The notes below the pieces were generated by a model. The model ran no database searches and was not told the origin of the DNA. It saw nothing but the letters and a program-made list of their open reading frames with translations. The position numbers and the translations under genes were made by a program. 4,707 nt of DNA, taken from IMG/VR virus record IMGVR_UViG_2695420523_000008; one strand, written 5' to 3'. This DNA is from a virus (Duplodnaviria > Heunggongvirae > Uroviricota > Caudoviricetes). Position 1 is the first letter of the stretch; each line of letters begins with the position of its first letter. Positions 1-4,707 of the stretch are shown one piece after another.

Positions 1-60
1 CATGGTGCTGTCCTGTAAAGCAATGCGCCTGCGTTCCTCAAACTATGGCGCTGATATTGG

Positions 61-366
61 CTATTCATGCTCTTTGACCTTGCGTCGCTGGAGTTCTTCA
101 CGCGCGACGGTGACGAGTTGCCCGATCTCCTCGGCTGCTTTGATGCCGATTTGTTCGACCTTAGCCAGGGCATCCAGTGACGACACAAGGGGATTTTCTC
201 CGCTGCCTTCTGCTTGGCGGCGGGCTATTTCTCCGCGCATGGCGGTTACGATAAATCCGGCATTGCTTTCACCGTCCAGCTTAACGGATTCCATCCCTTG
301 CATAACATCTAGTGGGACTCTGACAGTTGTCAGTTGTGATTTTGCGTTTTTGTTAGCCGTTGCCAT
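61..366 (-). CDS. Putative ribbon-helix-helix (Arc/Mnt/CopG-like) transcriptional repressor, 101 aa
   Basis: ORF 61..366 on minus strand. AGGAG Shine-Dalgarno (complement of 375-379) lies 8 nt upstream of the ATG (complement of 364-366). The segment TTVRVPLDVMQGMESVKLDGESNAGFIVTAMRGEIARR fits the RHH pattern of beta-strand, helix, G-x-S-x-N turn, helix. It is transcribed divergently from the rightward operon and sits next to the palindromic operator-like sites. Family assignment is by motif pattern only. Confidence 0.6.
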   Translation of the reverse strand: MATANKNAKSQLTTVRVPLDVMQGMESVKLDGESNAGFIVTAMRGEIARRQAEGSGENPLVSSLDALAKVEQIGIKAAEEIGQLVTVAREELQRRKVKEHE

Positions 367-387
367 TTCTGAAACTCCTAATCATCG

Positions 388-465
388 GTGTGTTTCAGTA
401 TACACAAAAAAAGAAATACAAAAAGCCTTGACGTGTGTTTCATGCGCTCATAACATGAAACACAC
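388..465. promoter_or_regulatory. Operator-like sites: three copies of GTGTGTTTCA, including a perfect 12-bp inverted repeat
   Basis: GTGTGTTTCATG at 433-444 and its exact reverse complement CATGAAACACAC at 454-465, separated by a 9-bp spacer; a third copy of the half-site GTGTGTTTCA at 388-397, followed by the palindrome GTATAC at 398-403. The sites overlap the -35/-10 of the rightward promoter and the candidate -10 of the leftward promoter. Confidence 0.55.
428..456 (+). promoter_or_regulatory. Sigma70-like promoter for the rightward operon
   Basis: TTGACG at 428-433 (5/6 match to TTGACA), a 17-bp spacer, then TAACAT at 451-456 (4/6 match to TATAAT, with the conserved T1, A2 and T6 present). 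About 100 nt upstream of the first rightward start codon. Predicted from consensus only. Confidence 0.45.
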
Positions 466-493
466 CGAAAGGATTGTTGAAATACAAAGAGCA

Positions 494-527
494 ACGCCCC
501 GCAGTGCTGGGAACACATACGGGGCGT
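494..527 (+). other. Stem-loop in the leader of the rightward operon (8-bp GC-rich stem, 18-nt loop)
   Basis: ACGCCCCG at 494-501 pairs with CGGGGCGT at 520-527. No U-tract follows, so it is not a canonical intrinsic terminator. It lies between the predicted promoter and the first SD/ATG at 546-559. Confidence 0.3.
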
Positions 528-556
528 CTAACCAACAACGTAAACTAGGAGCCGTT

Positions 557-754
557 ATGGTTGCTGTAAATCATATACCACACCTTGTACACACACAAAC
601 GGCCTTTGTGTGGCGTTTTCTGGCACTGAGTGCCGGAGAATCTCAAATCATCCACGTAACCGCCTGGACGGAACGCGAAGCGCGTAGCCGTTGCCCGTCC
701 GGTTGTGTTGCTGTATTCGCTGCAAAAATCCGCCAGGGAGTGAGTCATGCTTAA
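557..754 (+). CDS. Hypothetical small protein, 65 aa (first gene of rightward operon)
   Basis: TAGGAG at 546-551, 5-nt spacer, ATG at 557. This is the in-frame 3' part of the long open frame 2..754, whose 5' part overlaps the better-supported minus-strand gene. Stop TAA at 752-754 overlaps the next start by 8 nt. A resemblance to Icd-like small proteins of P4-type elements is only a vague recollection and is unverified. Confidence 0.4.
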   Translation: MVAVNHIPHLVHTQTAFVWRFLALSAGESQIIHVTAWTEREARSRCPSGCVAVFAAKIRQGVSHA

Positions 755-932
755 AACCTTCCGTGTATTTGCCCGAGCTGTTAACCCAATAGGCCACACA
801 ATTGGTATCGCTCAGAATGTGAAGGCTGTTAATGTTCAGACGGCTATTGCTGCGGTGAGAAGCGAATCATCAGAATATGGCTTATCACAAGTCATTATTT
901 CAGCAGTGTATGAATTAAAAGAGGTGCATTAA
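747..932 (+). CDS. Hypothetical small protein, 61 aa
   Basis: ORF track 747..932. GGGAG at 736-740 precedes ATG 747 by 6 nt. Its stop TAA at 930-932 overlaps the next ATG at 932 (TAATG), indicating translational coupling. Confidence 0.5.
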   Translation: MLKTFRVFARAVNPIGHTIGIAQNVKAVNVQTAIAAVRSESSEYGLSQVIISAVYELKEVH

Positions 933-1123
933 TGCAGGAAATTACATTACACGAAGCCGCTGAACGTGCGCACCAGACAGAAATTATTTGCCGCCTTCTT
1001 GAGGTATACCCGAACAAAATTACAGATGCTGATATATCCGCACTGGCGAGCCTACTGGCGCGTCTTTCGGGAAGTGTCGCTAGTTTTTTGATTGAGGAAG
1101 AAAGTAAGCTGGTGGGGGATTAA
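932..1123 (+). CDS. Hypothetical small protein, 63 aa
   Basis: ORF track 932..1123. GAGGTG at 921-926 with a 5-nt spacer to ATG 932. Its stop TAA at 1121-1123 is immediately followed by the next ATG at 1124. Confidence 0.5.
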   Translation: MQEITLHEAAERAHQTEIICRLLEVYPNKITDADISALASLLARLSGSVASFLIEEESKLVGD

Positions 1124-1345
1124 ATGAATACAGAACGGGAAGTCTTTTTTAAATTGTTAGCATGTGCAGAAAGTTCATTAACTTTAAATAATTCAGCAAA
1201 AGCAATATTAAATATGTGGCTTGATTGCATAAATGACAATGAAGATGCAAATATTGCTTATGGCCTGTTGTCACTTATTGATGAATCAGCAGAAAAACTC
1301 AATGACGCAATAAATAGTGCCCTGCTATCAAATAAGTCGAGTTAA
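1124..1345 (+). CDS. Hypothetical small protein, 73 aa, encoded by a markedly AT-rich segment
   Basis: ORF track 1124..1345. G-rich SD-like GGTGGGGGA at 1111-1119 just upstream. The first 60 nt contain 19 G+C, roughly one-third GC, against about half in flanking genes. Protein is rich in N, L, S, D, E, A. Confidence 0.5.
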   Translation: MNTEREVFFKLLACAESSLTLNNSAKAILNMWLDCINDNEDANIAYGLLSLIDESAEKLNDAINSALLSNKSS

Positions 1346-1362
1346 GTCGAGGAATAAATAAT

Positions 1363-1662
1363 ATGGAAATGAAAAATTCTGGCTTTATTGCCAGCGGCCC
1401 CGCTCGACCTGAATTTATGAACGACGATATTTACCGCGATAAATACGGCGGCACGGTAACGATTAAAGGCGTGGCAGAACGGCGCATCACTTACCGCCGT
1501 GAGGGGTATAGCTATGACTGCGTGATGCCTGTTTATCAGTTCCGGCGTGATTTTTCCCTGGTATATGCCGCACCCCGCAGTAAGCCCATCAGCAGGGAAA
1601 AAGCGTGGGGAAATATCCAGAAAATGAAAACCATGATTAACGGATTCAGAGGTAAAAAATGA
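1363..1662 (+). CDS. Hypothetical protein, 99 aa, translationally coupled to the replication gene
   Basis: ORF track 1363..1662. AGGA at 1350-1353 about 9 nt upstream of ATG 1363. Its stop TGA at 1660-1662 overlaps ATG 1659 of the next gene (ATGA). The antisense ORF 1342..1692 is rejected in its favour. Confidence 0.55.
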   Translation: MEMKNSGFIASGPARPEFMNDDIYRDKYGGTVTIKGVAERRITYRREGYSYDCVMPVYQFRRDFSLVYAAPRSKPISREKAWGNIQKMKTMINGFRGKK

Positions 1663-3413
1663 AACTGGCACCGAACGTAAAACAGCAGTCACGCGGCATA
1701 AAACACAAAGGAACAGAAGTCATTATTTTTGCGGGTAGTGATGCCTGGGCACACGCGAAACAATGGCAGGAACATGATGCGCGTATGGCCGGAGATAATG
1801 AGCCTCCTGTGTGGCTTGGGGAGCAGCAGCTATCCGAACTGGATAATCTGCAAATTGTGCCGGAAGGCCGAAAATCAGCACGCATATACAGGGCCGGATA
1901 TCTTGCGCCTGTAATGATAAAGGCGATTGGTCAGAAGCTGGCGGCAGCAGGCGTACAGGATGCAAATTTTTATCCTGAGGGTATGCACGGCCAGGAGGTG
2001 CAGAACTGGCGCGAATATCTGGCCCGTGAACGCCAGAATCTTTCTGATGGTCTGGTCATTGAGCTTCCGGTAAAGCAAAAGGCGCAACTTTCGCAGATGG
2101 CGGACAGTGAGCGCGTGCAGTTGCTTGCCGATCGCTTTGATGGCGTTTGCGTACATCCTGAAAGTGAAATCGTTCACGTATGGCGCGGCGGGGTATGGTG
2201 TCCGGTCAGCACAATGGAACTTAGCCGCGAAATGGTGGCGATCTATTCAGAGCACAGGGCCACTTTCAGCAAGCGCGTAATCAATAACGCCGTGGAAGCG
2301 TTAAAAGTTATTGCCGAACCAATGGGCGAGCCGTCTGGCGATTTGCTGCCGTTCGCCAATGGTGCGCTTGACCTGAAAACGGGGGAATTTTCCCCGCACA
2401 CGCCGGAGAACTGGATCACCACGCACAACGGCATTGAGTACACGCCACCAGCACCAGGGGAGAACATCCGCGATAACGCGCCAAACTTTCATAAATGGCT
2501 TGAGCACGCAGCCGGAAAAGACCCGCGCAAGATGATGCGTATATGTGCCGCGCTGTACATGATTATGGCGAACCGGTACGACTGGCAGATGTTTATTGAG
2601 GCCACCGGAGACGGCGGGAGCGGTAAAAGTACATTCACACACATAGCCAGCCTTCTGGCAGGGAAACAGAACACGGTAAGCGCTGAAATGACATCGCTTG
2701 ATGATGCTGGTGGACGTGCGCAGGTTGTCGGGAGTCGTCTTATCGTCCTGGCTGACCAGCCGAAATATACAGGCGAAGGAACGGGCATCAAGAAAATCAC
2801 AGGCGGCGACCCCGTGGAAATTAACCCGAAATATGAAAAGCGTTTCACGGCGGTAATCAGGGCGGTGGTGCTGGCGACCAACAACAACCCGATGATATTC
2901 ACCGAACGGGCCGGAGGTGTGGCACGTCGTCGCGTGATTTTCCGTTTCGACAATATCGTCAGTGAGGCCGAAAAAGACAGGGAGCTACCGGAAAAGATTG
3001 CGGCTGAAATCCCCGTTATTATCCGCCGATTGCTGGCGAACTTTACCGACCCTGAGAAGGCACGGGCTTTACTACTGGAACAGCGTGACGGTGATGAAGC
3101 ACTGGCAATAAAGCAACAGACGGATCCGGTTATTGAGTTTTGCCAGTTCCTGAATTTTCTAGAGGAAGCGCGCGGCCTGATGATGGGTGGCGGTGGTGAT
3201 TCAGTGAAGTACACGACCAGGAACAGCCTTTACCGCGTCTATCTGGCGTTTATGGCATACGCGGGCAGGAGCAAACCGCTAAACGTGGCTGAGTTCAGCA
3301 AGGCCATGAAGCCAGCGGCGAAAGTTTACGGGCATGAATATATTACGCGAAAAGTTAAGGGAGTAACGCAGACCAACGCAATTACAACAGACGATTGCGA
3401 CGCGTTTTTATAA
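1659..3413 (+). CDS. Replication initiator with SF3-helicase core (P4 alpha C-terminal / D5-like family), 584 aa
   Basis: Long ORF 1659..3413. Walker A GDGGSGKST at residues 317-325 (nt 2607-2633); Walker B-like LIVLAD at residues 361-366; motif C VVLATNNN at residues 403-410. The roughly 40-residue spacing A to B to C is typical of SF3 helicases. AGAGGT SD lies about 6 nt upstream of the ATG. The N-terminal ~300 aa has no motif I can confidently assign to a primase class. Confidence 0.88.
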   Translation: MKLAPNVKQQSRGIKHKGTEVIIFAGSDAWAHAKQWQEHDARMAGDNEPPVWLGEQQLSELDNLQIVPEGRKSARIYRAGYLAPVMIKAIGQKLAAAGVQDANFYPEGMHGQEVQNWREYLARERQNLSDGLVIELPVKQKAQLSQMADSERVQLLADRFDGVCVHPESEIVHVWRGGVWCPVSTMELSREMVAIYSEHRATFSKRVINNAVEALKVIAEPMGEPSGDLLPFANGALDLKTGEFSPHTPENWITTHNGIEYTPPAPGENIRDNAPNFHKWLEHAAGKDPRKMMRICAALYMIMANRYDWQMFIEATGDGGSGKSTFTHIASLLAGKQNTVSAEMTSLDDAGGRAQVVGSRLIVLADQPKYTGEGTGIKKITGGDPVEINPKYEKRFTAVIRAVVLATNNNPMIFTERAGGVARRRVIFRFDNIVSEAEKDRELPEKIAAEIPVIIRRLLANFTDPEKARALLLEQRDGDEALAIKQQTDPVIEFCQFLNFLEEARGLMMGGGGDSVKYTTRNSLYRVYLAFMAYAGRSKPLNVAEFSKAMKPAAKVYGHEYITRKVKGVTQTNAITTDDCDAFL

Positions 3414-3426
3414 TTTTTTGTAAAAG

Positions 3427-3650
3427 CCATCTACCCCATCTACCTGAACGAAATAAACGCATATTATTCAACATGATAAGTGGGTATAGGGCTAGGTAGA
3501 AGGCTAATAAAAGCTCTCTACCTCTTCTACCTGATTTTATCAGTTTCAGGTAGCAGGGTAGACGGCAGGTAGAGGAGTCAAAAAAGCTATCTACCCGCTG
3601 AAAGCCGCGCCATTACTGACATGATGAGCATTCGGGTAGATGGGTAGAGG
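3427..3650. repeat. Iteron array; candidate origin of replication for the element
   Basis: GGTAG on the top strand at 3495, 3549, 3557, 3568, 3635 and 3643, and CTACC at 3431, 3440, 3518, 3527 and 3591: 11 copies in about 220 bp, where about 0.4 would be expected by chance for one 5-mer on either strand. A perfect tandem 9-mer CCATCTACC x2 at 3427-3444 is mirrored by the inverted pair GGGTAGATGGGTAGAGG at 3634-3650. AT-rich stretches at 3446-3490 and 3504-3513 lie between repeat clusters. Located directly 3' of the helicase gene. Confidence 0.6.
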
Positions 3651-3698
3651 GGGGGAGGCACAACTAAAAACTTTTTAAACGAGGGGGGGTGAAAATAA

Positions 3699-4013
3699 AT
3701 GCGCATACATAAAAATCACTTAACAAACATGCCAGCCGAAAACATGAATCAGGGGCGACAAATGACCAAAATTCGCAGAGACAGAACACAGGCAAAATAT
3801 AAAGCGTTAGACATGACAGAGCTTTCCTTAAAGGTGGCAATCAAAGCGATAGACCACCACACACGGGCAGGATACGCGAAGGAACATCCCGACCTGATAA
3901 GCGCATTCATGACCACAGCAGCGGCAAACTTTGCCACGCTGACAGAACGGGAGATTGCCGAAGCGGAACAGGTGACAACCATCAATGTTAAAACCGGAGA
4001 GCAGACAGCATGA
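3699..4013 (+). CDS. Hypothetical protein, 104 aa (alternative starts possible at 3729, 3744 or 3762)
   Basis: ORF track 3699..4013. A G7 tract at 3683-3689 sits 9-16 nt upstream of ATG 3699 as a possible SD; the internal ATG at 3762 has its own AGGGG SD. Its stop TGA at 4011-4013 overlaps ATG 4010 of the SSB-like gene (ATGA). No recognisable motif. Confidence 0.5.
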   Translation: MRIHKNHLTNMPAENMNQGRQMTKIRRDRTQAKYKALDMTELSLKVAIKAIDHHTRAGYAKEHPDLISAFMTTAAANFATLTEREIAEAEQVTTINVKTGEQTA

Positions 4014-4432
4014 CAGCACAGATAGCGGCTTACGGGCGGCTGGTGGCTGACCCGCAGTTAAAGACCACCAGCAAAGGGACACAAATGGCGATGGCGAGTA
4101 TGGCGGTTCCCCTGCCGTGCAGCCAGGCAGATGACGGAACGGCGACGATGTGGTTATACGTCCTGGCGTTTGGCAGACAGGCCGACGCACTGGCAAAACA
4201 CCACAAAGGCGAACTGGTGAGCGTGGCGGGTAACATGCAGGTAAGCCAGTGGACAGGCCAGAACGGCGAAACGCGGCGGGGCTGGCAGGTTATCGCAGAC
4301 AGCGTAATCAGTGCGCGAACGGCGCGACCGGGCGGCAAAAAAGGCCAGCAGGGGCAGGCCACTGACGCACTGAACAGGGCAAAACAACAGTCGGGGAATG
4401 ATGATCCGTACGGCGATAATATACCGTTTTAA
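4010..4432 (+). CDS. ssb: Single-stranded DNA-binding protein (SSB) paralogue, 140 aa, with host-like C-terminal tip
   Basis: The N-terminal ~110 aa aligns by eye with the OB-fold core of E. coli SSB: GRLVADPQL against GNLGQDPEV, and WLYVLAFGRQADALAKHHKGELVSVAGNMQVSQWTGQNGETRRGWQVIADSV against [52 protein letters not shown]. A short Gly/Gln-rich linker follows, and the C-terminus DDPYGDNIPF matches the acidic D-I-P-F tip of bacterial SSB. Confidence 0.8.
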   Translation: MTAQIAAYGRLVADPQLKTTSKGTQMAMASMAVPLPCSQADDGTATMWLYVLAFGRQADALAKHHKGELVSVAGNMQVSQWTGQNGETRRGWQVIADSVISARTARPGGKKGQQGQATDALNRAKQQSGNDDPYGDNIPF

Positions 4433-4449
4433 ATTCTGCAAACAAAAAG

Positions 4450-4478
4450 ATGCCGGAAAAAAATAGATTTTCCGGCAT
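4450..4478 (-). terminator. Hairpin with perfect 11-bp stem; intrinsic terminator on the minus strand, possibly bidirectional
   Basis: ATGCCGGAAAA at 4450-4460 pairs with TTTTCCGGCAT at 4468-4478 around a 7-nt loop. On the minus strand the hairpin is followed by a U-rich tract (complement of 4438-4449, CUUUUUGUUUG). On the plus strand it is preceded by an A-tract but lacks a downstream U-tract, so it is at best a weak terminator for ssb. Confidence 0.5.
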
Positions 4479-4592
4479 GCTACATAAATCCCGACCAAAG
4501 GAAGTAAATACATTAACACGAATTATCAGCACTGAAGTTGTTACGGCATATTTTATACAGCATTGCACTTGGTTGCATGTATTCGCATAGCA

Positions 4593-4707
4593 GGTAATGA
4601 CTCCAACTTATTGATAGTGTTTTATGTTCAGATAATGCCCGATGACTTTGTCATGCAGCTCCACCGATTTTGAGAACGACAGCGACTTCCGTCCCAGCCG
4701 TGCCAGG
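4593..4707 (-). mobile_element. IS1 insertion sequence, terminal 115 bp including the right inverted repeat; continues beyond the window
   Basis: GGTAATGACTCCAACTTATTGATAGTG from 4593 matches the IS1 terminal inverted repeat as I recall it, and the following sequence through 4707 matches the IS1 insB-proximal end. Recognised from memory of the IS1 sequence, not searched. Confidence 0.88.
4608..4707 (-). CDS. insB: IS1 transposase InsB, 3' end (partial; start lies outside the window)
   Basis: Minus-strand translation of 4706..4608 gives [32 protein letters not shown] followed by a stop (TAA, complement of 4608-4610), 15 nt inside the IS1 end. Absent from the ORF track because no start codon lies within the window. 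Confidence 0.8.

Noticed and set aside
1-60. Possible start of a further minus-strand gene at the extreme left (complement of 1-3 is ATG, with AGGA about 7 nt upstream on the minus strand)
   Set aside because: Only the start codon would lie within the window, so nothing can be evaluated. It is noted only as a hint that the leftward transcript may continue into a gene, perhaps an integrase, outside the window.
2-754. Long 250-aa plus-strand open frame spanning the start of the window
   Set aside because: It has no start codon within the window for most of its length, overlaps the minus-strand gene 61..366 (which has a good SD), and runs through the divergent promoter region. Only its 3' portion from ATG 557, which has a TAGGAG SD, is kept as a plausible gene.
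545-799. 84-aa minus-strand ORF
   Set aside because: Antisense to the first two rightward small ORFs and would read into the rightward promoter leader. No SD was noticed.
1342-1692. 116-aa minus-strand ORF
   Set aside because: Antisense to the plus-strand 99-aa ORF, which has an SD and is coupled by ATGA to the replication gene. There is no comparable support on the minus strand.
2489-3214. 241-aa minus-strand ORF, plus shorter minus ORFs at 1875..2177, 2243..2467 and 2301..2642
   Set aside because: All are antisense to the 584-aa gene, which is supported by SF3 helicase motifs. Their products are low-complexity (Ser/Arg/Pro-rich), as is typical of antisense frames in coding DNA.
3427-3650. 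Possible CRISPR array, given the short repeated motif
   Set aside because: The repeat units are only 5-9 bp, occur in both orientations and at irregular spacing, with no 25-40-bp repeat/spacer periodicity. An iteron array is the better fit.
3414-3700. DnaA boxes or an IHF site in the putative origin
   Set aside because: No clear match to TTATCCACA/TGTGGATAA was seen, and the candidate IHF-like strings do not fit the consensus well. Host-factor sites are not claimed.
4450-4478. Hairpin as a plus-strand intrinsic terminator for ssb
   Set aside because: The U-tract is on the wrong side for plus-strand termination. The structure is annotated as a minus-strand (possibly bidirectional) terminator instead.
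3749-4568. Several minus-strand ORFs (3749..3985, 3828..4196, 4030..4362, 4154..4519, 4308..4568)
   Set aside because: Antisense to the orf104 and SSB-like genes. The SSB-like frame has clear family similarity, and these antisense frames give Cys/Arg/Pro-rich products.
1-4707. tRNA or tmRNA gene as an integration target
   Set aside because: No tRNA-like conserved T-loop motif (GTTCGAATC or similar) or cloverleaf was noticed. The attachment site, if any, is presumably outside the window.

Overview
This window reads as the regulatory and replication core of a satellite-type or integrative mobile element from an enterobacterial genome (PICI-like or P4-like), cut off at its right edge by an IS1 copy. 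All calls are from reading the sequence and the ORF track; no database search was run. Left to right: (1) a leftward 101-aa gene whose N-terminus fits a ribbon-helix-helix repressor pattern; (2) a short divergent control region with a sigma70-like rightward promoter overlapped by a perfect 12-bp inverted repeat and a third copy of its half-site; (3) a tightly packed rightward operon of five small ORFs (65, 61, 63, 73, 99 aa) joined by overlapping or adjacent stop/start codons, one of them strikingly AT-rich; (4) a 584-aa replication protein with SF3-helicase Walker A, Walker B and motif C, overlapping the previous ORF by ATGA; (5) directly downstream, a ~220-bp non-coding region with 11 copies of a GGTAG/CTACC core in both orientations, bounded by inverted tandem pairs, which I interpret as an iteron origin; (6) two G7 homopolymer tracts around a small AT palindrome; (7) a 104-aa unknown ORF coupled by ATGA to a 140-aa SSB-like protein ending in DNIPF; (8) a perfect 11-bp-stem hairpin; (9) the terminal 115 bp of IS1 including the 3' end of insB on the minus strand. 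The small-ORF block and the repressor/operator switch are the least explained parts and the best candidates for anything undescribed; I cannot establish novelty from sequence alone.
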